Origin: Catajapyx aquilonaris
Lineage: Eukaryota
NCBI GenBank assembly: GCA_000934665.2
Contig: KZ538011.1
Coordinates: 124,001-160,441 of the forward strand
Reading direction: 5' to 3'
DNA: 36,441 nucleotides
In this document: in pieces, positions 25,083 through 36,002 of the stretch
Layout: each line of letters opens with the position of its first letter
Position numbering within the stretch: position 1 is the first letter of the stretch
The notes under the pieces: generated by a model
Database searches by the model: none
Told to the model about the DNA's origin: nothing
What the model saw: the letters and a program-made list of their open reading frames with translations, nothing else
Translations under genes and position numbers: made by a program

Positions 25083-26389
25083 TCACGACATTTCCCTATG
25101 AGGGGTAGTCAGCGATGAAGGGAGATGCAAGCTAACCCAACATATGAACTAATAAAACTCATGAGAAAGAACCTAAAAACAACCTGTCCCACCCCCCACC
25201 CCTGCCCACCTCAGACATCACCTTATCCTCAGACATATTCTTATTACAGTAAATAAAATTGGCGTTTATTGCCAACGCTGCATTTTCGAGGCATTGCACT
25301 GCGTCACAGGAGGAAGTGTGCATTCTGCTAGTCTGCACAGCCAGATTCAGTGGGTCTACTCGCAGTTTCGCAAGCTGAAAGATCTGCATAATAATTATAG
25401 CAACTGTGTCTGGCGTAAAGGAGAGTCTGAGGTAGGTGCAATATACAGGCATCTCCTGTTAGGTATACCGGTACGTAGAGAAGGAGCTTGACCGTAAGTT
25501 ACTACAGTACTCGTAGATAAGCGCGTTTTAATATACTGACCGGTGCACACTTAATTGGTATACTGATTACATAATATACCCCGATCTAGAAAATAATAAT
25601 TCCTAGTGTAAATGTGTGTGCGGATCTTGTACAGGGTGGTGTATTTCCCAGGCCAGGAATTGGTAACTCCAGCAATCATTTAAAATAGCGTCTTTTTTGT
25701 AATCATATTCCCAGTTTGTAACTATCTTCAGTATAGTTGCTATGCGCCTATGCACCTCGACTATCTCCCGATTCATCACCAATATTTGCACCATATACTG
25801 TAGTAAAGTAGAGGTAATTTTGTTTCCTGGACAATGAGACTATTGTTTTCTTTTCTCGGAGCCAATTCCTTTCTTTCCGTTGCCAGCACATTATCTCATG
25901 TATGAATGACGCCATTGGCATTGTGTGGTATCCACTTGCAGATCCGGCGAGGTCAGCAGACAAAGTCATGTCAAAGTCCAAAGGATGCTTACTCACTTTT
26001 CAGTTCAGTTACGTCGGAGTGTGGCCGCTGACTGTCAGACAATATATTGACAGCCTTTAAAATTAGCTCTCGTGGGCCTGTAACAGTTGACGAGTAACTC
26101 TACGTCGCAGGACTTTCGCTAATATAATTTAAGTTTTCTTTGCCGGGATTAGAATAGTTTGTCGGCTCTTTGACACTAAAGTATTTTTTTCAACATCGAA
26201 CCTTTAGTCATATCCGGTTGGAATTGAATTGTGGCCATGCCTACATTATCATTGTTATTTTTACAGATACCTTTACAAGGGCCTTTATTGTCGTAAAGCT
26301 ACATCTAACTGTAACGGTCATTAAGTAGGCTATATTTTCCACATATAAGAACGAGTCAATTGCATAATCAAATCGTTACACGCCTGTTT

Positions 26390-26439
26390 TATGCATCAAT
26401 GGCAAAAGTACTGTACAGTACTTTTGCCATTGATGCATA
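26390..26439. repeat. Perfect 50-bp palindrome with no spacer
   Basis: tatgcatcaatggcaaaagtactgt|acagtacttttgccattgatgcata. Confidence 0.95.
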
Positions 26440-26535
26440 GTTACCTAGAATGAAATAAGGGTAAAATATTTTCAGTGTCCCTTTCTGACACTTTATTACC
26501 TTGATTGCAATTTATTTCGCTTTACAGTATTAAAA

Positions 26536-28288
26536 ATGGCATCGCTGAGGGCAGAAGAGAAGGACGAGTCTGGTGAACTAATGGACCAGCTGACAAGGCT
26601 GACCCTTGAATGCAACCAATCCGGAGAACAGAAAGCACTACCTAAGTCCACTCCCTCGGGACTGGGAGATCTCCAGTGTCACTTCAACTGGAAGCTGTTT
26701 GACATGGCCACGTCCTACACGGTGGCAGAACTGATATCAAAATTCAAGTTGAAGGAGGCAGAAGACATGGATTCGCCAGATTCATGGCGCCTATTCATCC
26801 ACGACATGTTACTGTCATTTTGTCATGCCAAGGAATCCGATTTCAAGCCGGCGGAGCAGGTTCTGGACAAGTGTGTCGAATACGCTGCAAAACTAGAGCG
26901 TTTCAGCAGCGGTTTGATGTACGTGGTGGATGCAAACCGCTCATGTATGGATCATCTCCAAGGACGTCATCGCCTCTCGAAAGAAAGAGTGTCGAAGATG
27001 ACCGCATTCGAGCGCCTCTCCAATTCGGACAAAGCAGCCGTTCATGGGATTCGGGCCTTGTCACTGATGCAGCTGGGAGTCGCAGGCAGCAAACGAGCAC
27101 AAGAGTACATCGAGAAGGCCATCGACTTGGATCCAGACCATGCTGAATGGCACTTCCTGAAGGGCAAGGCGCTGATGAGGATTCGCCACCTGGAACACCC
27201 ATTCGGATGCCCGACAGATGAAGAAGCACTTCATCTGGATAAAGCTAACTCAATGAACCAGAATGCGTTGTACCTGGTGTTCCTGGGACAGTGCATGCGC
27301 GACAAAGCAAGATACCTCCAGTTCACCCGAAGACTGGGAATGACCCCACCCGTCATGATCGCATATGAACAGTCTCTTGACTATTACACGAAGGCTCTAC
27401 AAATGAACTCAGTTACCCCAAGTATCAGCATAAGATGCGCAGATGCGTTCGCGATGATGCCTCTCCCTTTCCAGAGATATGGCATGGCTGAAGCGTGCCT
27501 CCAAGTGGCCCTGGAACTGGATCCTGACAACAGCATGGTGCTTCAGAAGGCCGGTACGTACTACGAGGTCATGCGGGACTGGAACAGAGCCCAGACATGT
27601 TATGAGAGGTCGATTGAGACTGCTCACGGGCATGGAAATTTCCCGGCGAGTCTAAAACTGCTCAACCTGAAGTCCACGCTTGACCTTTCTTTCGACCCGT
27701 TTCCAATGATCCACGACATGATGAGCAAGTACACCGAAAGCCCGAGCCATATAGTGACGCAACTCATTTTACGTGGCCTGTTTCACTACACACGGAGAGG
27801 CAACATGGAGTCAGCAGCAATGGATTTTCATGAGGCCATCGTCACTAGTCGAGATGATGTGGAGCCAAACTTTATGGTATGTTCAATTTTACAAGATGGT
27901 ATGCGGACGTGGGGAATAATTTTCATAAATCGGATGCATATTTTGCGGGACATTCAGGTTTTTATCATCCACAACTTTCTTCCATTACTTGTTAAGTTTT
28001 ACAATGCAGTGCTGTCATTTGTCAGAAGGTTGCGGATATATAAGCACTGCTTTACTGTTAATTTCTACCTGGATTTTCCAGCGAATCTCTGGTTATTCTT
28101 GCTTCCGGAACACTCTGCAGTTGGATGGTCTCCTGAACGATCTGGAGAGTATGCTGCGGGTTATGGAGCAGTCTTCTGAAACGGAGGTCCAAGATCAAGG
28201 GGATCGACTCGCAAATTACTTTATACCAGTGGTGAGGATGGCTCGAGGGATGGCTTCCCAGAGGAAGAGGTGCTTCTGTCAGCGTTGA
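26536..28288 (+). CDS. IFIT-like TPR protein, copy 2; about 515 aa, 2 coding exons
   Basis: Exons 26536-27876 (donor ATG|gtatgt) and 28082-28288 (acceptor ttttccag). An acceptor tttacag at 26521-26527 lies just before the ATG. Motifs DLQCHFNWKL, IEKAIDLDPDHAEWHFLKGKALMR, ALELDPDNSMVLQKAG. The 547-aa ORF in the track is read-through into the intron. Confidence 0.9.
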
Positions 28289-28740
28289 TTGTTGTAAGGG
28301 TTTCCAGTACGAAAAAAAATGGTACATTATTATTTTGTGTCGTGTGTACTTGGATTTTGAAGAAGACTTTATATTATAGAGTGCCTATGCCTATTCAGTA
28401 AAATAATCAGGGAATGTTGCATCTCAAAACTAAGCAGTTACAGTTTGCTGGAAATAGGGTAAAAGGAAGGAAAATCTGAAATGAGTAAGACTCCTCTCAC
28501 ATAATCTTGCTCGAGGTTTATAGAAGTATGTAATATTATGCAACATCATACAATATGGAGACAGCATTTCAGCAACAAGGAAATAATTATTTTGCGATAT
28601 CAGATTATTTTGATGCGTCTTTCCATATTTCTCAATACTGTTTGTGAAAGACATCGATCAAACGTCACTATTCCATCTGCCATAAAATCCATGCATTTCA
28701 ACCAGCCCCCGGACACTACCTCTACGTTCTGATTTTATCG

Positions 28741-29032
28741 CCTGCCGGGGCGTTTTGCAGGAGGGGCTCACCTGAGAGCGCCATGAGACCTTTCACTGCA
28801 CAGTTATGTGGCGACCCTACAGGACTACGCTGAACCTTATAGGTGCAAATGGGAAGCGCTACATGCGGGTCCAACATGGCCGCCGGCGACCATATTGGGT
28901 CCCCCAATGTAGCGCTTCCCTTTTGTACCTATAAAGTTCAGCGTAGTCCGGTAGGGTCGCCACATAACTGTGCAGAGGCTCAGGTCTCATGGCGCTCTCA
29001 GGTGAGCACCTCCTGCAAAACGCCCCGGCAGG
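28741..29032. mobile_element. Foldback/MITE-like long inverted repeat (about 290 bp; degenerate outer arms to about 28711-29050)
   Basis: cctgccggggcgttttgcaggagg...gggaagcgctacat pairs with atgtagcgcttccc...cctcctgcaaaacgccccggcagg over about 125 nt per arm. It lies in a segment of about 690 bp absent from the paralogous flank of copy 3. Confidence 0.8.
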
Positions 29033-30042
29033 GGGTAGGTGGGAGTGTCCAGACCTTAGTATTCTATGACCATGATTTTAACATGGCCTTTTCTTTCAAT
29101 GGCAGAATACATTATATACCAGGATTATTCCCTTACTTGTTATGCCACCAGTGCAGTGTCCTCATTATTTATTTTATGGTCAGCAGTTGTTTAAAAATTT
29201 AATGACTTCTGGTGGCACCCTACTGCATTTCACTCTTGCTATTACAGCTGTTACATAGGATGACATTGCAGTTATCAACCTTCCAGTGTTTGCACATTTG
29301 CATTGAAAATAACCGACACCAGCATTTACTGGAATCATTACAAGCTCTTCTTGAAGGCGGAGCAAATATGTGAGTTTTCACTTCCTGTTGACAAAAACCG
29401 AGCTGTGCCATTCTTATGTTTTGTATAATTCAGTATTTGGGGTACAGTACTGAACCAGAGGAATCCCTGCCTCTTCAGATTTTTTCCCAACGTTTCTTGT
29501 GTTCTCTTGTGATTTTGAAATTGTCTTTGTGCCACTATATCCGGTTCCAAATGAAATAAAATACTTCAATGATTCGTATTTAATTACATACCGGTATATC
29601 ATTATGGTCATTTTTAGCATCACCCTGCAGGGGGGAATCACATAGTCAGATGAAAAGATGCCAAAGGAGAGTCAGGCTCCATATGGGACTTGTACACTAT
29701 GTACAGTATATCTTGCTGGGCTTCGGCCTTCGATGTTTTATTTAGTCAGTTATGTGGAGGTGTCACTTTCAATAATTCCGTTGGAGTTACAGACAGTATT
29801 CACGATTTCACGTGCTTGTGCATGCTATCTTTGACAGGCTGGATGTACTGTACGTATGTGCAGTAAAAGTAAATGTTACCCGCGATAAGTCAACCATGCT
29901 TTCTGGATACACCGAACTCCTTACCATGTGGTTGGCAACACTTCTGACACCTGCCAAAAATGCCTTCCCTATTGGCTTATGCCTTAGTTACTACTTAATT
30001 GGAGTAATATAACTCACATATTATGACCGGCGTGTGTGTTAT

Positions 30043-30257
30043 GGGGCCATACACATATTACGTCGTCACATTTTTGACATTTTTGAACCCCCTCGTCATA
30101 CTTCGTCATCATTTGGCCCACTGGTTTTTTGTTAGTTTATTCATCCCAACTTGGACCCCCCTCCCACTCTCATCACCTTTGGTCATCCATCAGGTCCTAG
30201 CAACCCCCCCCCACCCCCNCCCCCCGTTCGAGGATTACGTAATATGTGTACGGCCCC
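30043..30257. mobile_element. PIF/Harbinger-like MITE, 215 bp
   Basis: Terminal inverted repeats ggggccatacacatattacgt and acgtaatatgtgtacggcccc (1 mismatch in 21), with an exact 3-bp target site duplication TAT on both sides. Confidence 0.85.
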
Positions 30258-30372
30258 TATCTGCACAGAGCTGCACAGCATGCTTCAGGCATGCTGCTCA
30301 CATTTCTTTCTGGCGTGTCCAAATTGGCACAGCATCCTTCAGAGGAGGCACAGAAGTGGGAAGGATTCCAAG

Positions 30373-30412
30373 GGGGATTCCCCTCTGGTATCGTGTAGGT
30401 CAGCGATTGGTT
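30373..30412. promoter_or_regulatory. Candidate kB site GGGGATTCCCC (30373-30383) plus CCAAT box upstream of IFIT-like copy 3
   Basis: Symmetric kB 11-mer followed by cagcgattggtt; the same block recurs at 35951-35990. Confidence 0.5.
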
Positions 30413-32723
30413 GTTGCCACGAGGAGAACTTGGCTGCGGGAAAATATTAATATTTAAATGATAACCACAGGAATTAAGGAGGAAAAATTAAAATGCGGGT
30501 AAATTTTCAGCCTTGACGGTCACGGGTAAAATTGGGTATTCAGCGCCCTCCTGAGAGGTTTATGGACAACTCATGTTGACAAAAATGGCCGCTTCGGATT
30601 CCTCCACTCCACATGCTGTCCTCCAAGCGTGGCTCCAAGGGAAAGGATAAGAGGGTTACTCCCACGCGGACAGAGCACATTCTCAGGTTGCTCGTTCACA
30701 GTTCAGCGTCCGCCATTTCGCCTGTCTTGTTGGGTCTTTACAGAAGGTTCGTCCAACAGTCTCAGGTAGGTGCTGCATATAGCAATTAGCTAGACCTTGA
30801 GCTAGGTGTACGCATACACATACAGTAATTACAACGCAGAGTTGGAGGTTCGTTGCACATGTTACACTTGCATCCGGATCTCAAACCCTGTGAGTTTTTA
30901 CCGCGACTCTTAATATAGCCTACTGCGCACTCTGGAGTTGTGTTAATGTTTACATTGGGCATTTTCCGACGCATATTTTGCAGAGGAAACCTATAGGTGT
31001 TTTTTCATATGTGAACATAGAAGTCCTTGGTAGAGTATACGTACAGATGTAATGTACACCGCTTTGTCAATGAGTGACATTCCTCTCTGTCTCAGATGAG
31101 ACGGGAGGGGACTAGAATGAGTTATGATCCCATTGTACAGTTAACTTTGCCAAACTGTGTTTGTACGAGGACGAATACTCGTAGTTTGGCAGTTTCACAC
31201 GTCCCTGGTAAGCTAAAAACTACCTGCACTACTGTATCTTGTCCGAGTTGTCAGCAATACACCTTAATACACTCTGCAGGAATTTCTGCAGGTATTCACT
31301 CTGCAGGAAGGTGCTGCATGGCTATGAAAGTTTGTGGCTGAATATTTTTCAAATGGTGCGGATTGTTCACCCCAGCGGCATGTTTAAAAGAAACAATCGC
31401 GACATGTGCAATCCTTAATGTTTACAATATGATGTTTACAATGATATGAACTCCGGAACCCCCCTTGATGGTGTTCGCTGGTGATTTCATGTACTGTACG
31501 AGCCTGAGAATTTGCTCGTTCATATCGGACCACTTCCTCCTTGTGATTCTTTGGCTGGAGTTATAATGTCCATTATTCGCATCGTGTTACATCCATTGCA
31601 AGTGCAGTAAACAAATTTCAATGTGATTCCAGGACAGATCGGGCTAAAAATAGCATATAGAGGTCACCCTACATGTACTCAAATACACATTTTTAGACAG
31701 GCCTGAGCCTTAATTATTAAGAATATTGCAAGTACGCATATAAAAGAGGTCGGTAAGTCAGACGAAATTAAGAAATATTTCTGAAACGTAACCTCACTCG
31801 GACATCAATGCCCACTCTTCCCTTTCCCATCAGCTGACGTCTCCTAACAAAGATCGCGCAGGCCATACCTATGTTTGAATCAGATACCACGAATTTCAAC
31901 ATGAAAAAATTGATAGCATGACTGTATATCGCGATGTGTCATTCCGCATAACAATACTACATCAGTTTACTAACATACATTATGCAGTGGTTTTGAACTT
32001 TTGACAGCATGAGGGCCTCGTGCGTGCTAATGTAGTAAATACTTTTCCCTCCCATTGGTTTCATATTCCGCTCACCCGGCTGGCCAGCTTCCGAGATAAA
32101 GACCTAGCTGGGTACTTAAGATAAGAAAGCCCAACTGACAGCATTGCAAGTTGTGCACGGGATATATAGCATATTAGAATTTGTTTACATACCGTACTGT
32201 ACCATGGGAAATGAAACATGTTTTTATACGATTTTTTTGTCATAAGGTATGGGGGAAGAGAAGGATGGGTTCGATCGGGGTGGGGTTATGTTTCAGAATT
32301 ATTTCTTCGTAAATAATGGTTTTCTTCATCGAAAACCTTCCATATGAAAGGTTTATAGTATAAGTACAAAATGTAATGGATTTTTTCATATTTTTCACAG
32401 TCATAGTATTAGAAGATACGTAAGCCAACACGCTGTATAAGATGCGCCTTTTTTGCTTTAAGTTATTTTATTTCTTCTGACCCACTGACCTCTGACATTT
32501 GAAAATCCTTCTGCCGAGTATGCGTTTTTTTATTTTAAAAAAGTAGGAGTACGGAGGGTGACATAATTATAATCTACTAACTAAGTGGAACTGTCATAAT
32601 TGCAATTGATCACGCCAGTTTTTTGCCCACCCAGCGATGGCCGCCTGTCAACCACACTAGTGTTATGTATATGAAAAGTTTTCTATGACATGAGATGTGA
32701 CAGTAGGCTGTTTCTTCCTCAGG

Positions 32724-34448
32724 ATGGCTGCTTCTCCATCGGAAAACATTCCCCTAAAGTATCAGGGTCTACTAAATCGGTTGAAGGACCTGCAGTGCCA
32801 CTTCACCTGGAACATACACTACGTGGCACCTGAAACTACATGGGAATCTCACATCAAAGTTTCTATTCAAAAGGAAGAAGCACCTTTTGCTTTTGAATCA
32901 GGCTCCTGGAAATACGTTCGAAAGTTTTTCTTGGCGTATTTGTACTACGAGGCAGGCAATGTGGCAGACTCTGAGGGTAAACTGGATGAAGTGAATTTTG
33001 ATGATTTGTCGTATCTCCAGGGGAACCGCAAGAAGGGGTTGGAATATGTCAGAGAGGCATTTCAGTCCTTCATCAATTTCAAAAAGAATCTGTGGGTGGA
33101 AACGGAAATGATTTTGGACAAGCTCAACTACGAAGATTTGCCAGCGGAGGGTCAAGCTGCGGTTTTGGCGCTGAGGGCCAGCAGCCTAGCGGCAGCTGGA
33201 ATCAAGGGAAACGAAGCTGGTTTGCCATACATCAGAGAGGCCATCAAGCTGGACCCACACCATGCGGAGTGGCACTTCCTGATGGGCAAGGCGCTGATGA
33301 AAATTCGCCACCTGGAACACCCATATGGTTGTCCAACAGACAAAGAGATATGCCACCTGGAAAATGCAAATGCCTTGGAACAGAGTCCGTTGCACTTGGT
33401 GTTCCTGGGACAGTGCATGAGTGACAAAGCAAAATACCTTCACCGCATGCTGCAACTGGGGATGACACCAACAGTCAGGATCGCATACAATCGGGCTCTG
33501 GACTGTTTCTACAAGGCTCTACGAATTAACTCAGATTGTCCAGGTATCAACATCAGATGCGCAGATGGGTTTATGATGATGCCTAGGCCTTTCAAGAACT
33601 TCGGTCTGGCTAAAGTGTGCATCCAAAGGGCCCTGGAACTGGCGCCTGACAACAGTATGGTGCTTCAAAAGGCCGGTACCTACTATGAGATCATGCAAGA
33701 TTGGAATAGAGCCAAGACATACTATGAGAAGTCGATCGAGTCCGCTTATGGGAAAGGAAATTTCCCGGCGAGTCTCAAACTGGTCAACGCGATGTCCACA
33801 CTTGACCCCTCTTTCGACCCATTTCCCATGATCCAAGACATGATGAGCAAGTACACCGAAAGCAAGAACCGGATAGTAACTCAACTCGTTTTCCGGGGCC
33901 TGTTTCACTACGCACGGAGAGGCAACATGGAGTCAGCAGCGATTGATTTTCATGAGGCCATCATCACTAGTCGAGATGATGTGGAGCCAAACTTTATGGT
34001 ATGTTCAATAATGGTATGCCGAGTTGGTGAATAATCTCTTATAATGAGGCACAGAGTGACTCTGTATGCATGTCCTGACTACCTAACACACTTCCACATG
34101 TAACTTAATATCAAAGCGTCACACCAATAACATCTTGCAACATTAATATCAGACCGTCGAATTTTTAGGAATAACTGAATCCCAAACAAAGGTTTACTGT
34201 CATTTGTCAGAAATGTTCTGCAGTACTGCTTCAATATTAATTTCTATACTTGCATTTCCCAGCGACTTTGTGGTTACGCTTGCTTCTGGAACAGTCTGAA
34301 CTTGGGTGATCTCCTGAAAGATCTGCACAGCCTTCTGCGGGCTATGGAAATATCGCCTGAAAAAGAGGTCCAGGATCAAGGGGCTCGTCTAAAACTTCAC
34401 TTTATGCCAGTGGTGAAGGTGGCTCTCCAGAGGAACATCTGCTGTTAG
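32724..34448 (+). CDS. IFIT-like TPR protein, copy 3; about 486 aa, 2 coding exons
   Basis: Exons 32724-33998 and 34263-34448 (ends ...QRNICC stop). Acceptor ttcttcctcag lies immediately before gATG. Motifs RLKDLQCHFTWNI, IREAIKLDPHHAEWHFLMGKALMK, ALELAPDNSMVLQKAG. AATAAA at 34578. Confidence 0.9.
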
Positions 34449-36002
34449 GATATATCTCAGCTTCGCTGATGTTACGGGTTTCCAGTCCAAAAATGCTACC
34501 AGTATTTGCATATTTACAGTATGTAAGCTACTTGGTTTTTGGGGAACAATAATGTGTACACTATACGGTACGTATTGAATAAAATAATATGGGAGGGTGA
34601 TATCTCAAAACTGAGCAGCTGTAGATGTTCTGAGAGTAGCCTACAAGCAAGGAAAATCTGTAATGAGTATGACTCTTGCCGTAGAATCCCACTTGAGGTT
34701 TATAGAAGTCACATTATTCAGCATCTTAGTACAATATTCAGACAGGAATTCATCAGCAGAGAAATAATTTTGCGATATTAGACTATTTTGATAAATCTTG
34801 CTATATTTCTCTCTGGAAGCAGCATTTACTGAAATTATTACAAGCTTTTATTGAAAGCTAAGCAAATGTGAGTTTTCACTTACAGAATTTGACAAAAACA
34901 AAGCTGTGCCGTTCTTGTCATTTTTGTAAAATTCAGTACTATCTTGTACATGTAGTACTGAGCCATATGAATTCCTCCCACGTTCCTCCGTAGTTTCTGA
35001 TATTGTCTTGTGATTTTGAACTCGTCTTTGTGCCATTATATCCAGTTGCAAATACAATAAAATGTTTTGGTGAGTCATATTTACAGTAATTATTTGGCTT
35101 CTTAATTTTTGATAGCTTTTACAAGTTGGACGTACGTACAGTATGTGCAGTTTTACAATGTTACCTGCGATAATGTAAATGCAAGCCAACCCCTCACCAT
35201 CTGAATGGTTGACACAGTATCTGTGCAATGTACTGGAATTATGTATCCCAAACGTGTCATCAGGTTTCGTGTGGTAGTCTGGGAAACGCTATTGATATTA
35301 TTGGTATCATCTAGGTAATCTCGGTAATCTCAGTCTGCTGAATCATACTAATGTTTCATACTATCTTGTCTACTTTATATCTACTTACTCATAGTACGGA
35401 ACGTGTATGACTCTTATCAATAATAAAAGTGCAGTGGATTGTTTCATGCTGATTTTGCTGTAATTGTTTGATGACATCACGGGACTAATTTTGTAAACAA
35501 TATTCTTTGAATTGTATGGCTCAGATTACACCAAACACCAGGCTTAATTAAGCAGGTTACATTTAAAAACAACTTGTCAAATCACGAAGCAACCAGAACG
35601 TGTATTATCGGAAATGAAACTCGGGTACTGACGTCACTAGCATTTCATATTGTCAGTTACATTGTTAGCATTGTTGAGAGACGTTGTTGTGGATGGCCAT
35701 CTGTACACCAAATCTGACATAATTATCTTCTTCATCTAAGTTACTGGCATATTGTGAACATTCTGGAACCTGCGGCATAAGATGCGTTCGATCGAGCCTT
35801 ATGTCTTGACTTGCAAAATTCACACCTTAACGAGGGCATGATACCATGTAATGATCTTATCTGCATGTGTATGTGATCTACACTCACTTTCCTCTGACGT
35901 CTCCAAATGGGCAAAACATCCTTCAAGGTGAAGATAAGTGGAGCTGTCGAGGGGATTCCCCTCTTACGTCCAGCTGTTCAGCGATTGGTTTGTGCCACGA
36001 TG
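34449..36002 (+). repeat. Paralogous 3' flank of the tandem duplication unit (homologous to about 28289-30425)
   Basis: Collinear matching blocks: 28390-28633 with 34570-34811, 29320-29565 with 34820-35065, 29845-29890 with 35130-35175, 30295-30425 with 35882-36002. Confidence 0.8.
35951..35990. promoter_or_regulatory. Second GGGGATTCCCC kB site plus CCAAT block
   Basis: Same 11-mer and cagcgattggtt as at 30373-30412; a consensus donor AG|GTGAGT follows at 36202. Confidence 0.45.

Noticed and set aside
27877..28179. Hydrophobic C-terminal tail of the 547-aa ORF as a membrane anchor
   Set aside because: Intron read-through; the same donor and terminal exon exist in copy 3, where the read-through stops after 11 codons.
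28722..29202. Similar peptides on both strands (TYKVQRSPVGSPHNCA)
   Set aside because: Artefact of the inverted repeat, not coding evidence.
30585..30650. Short ORF MAASDSSTP... resembling the copy 3 start MAASPS
   Set aside because: Only about 4 residues match; more likely a uORF or chance.
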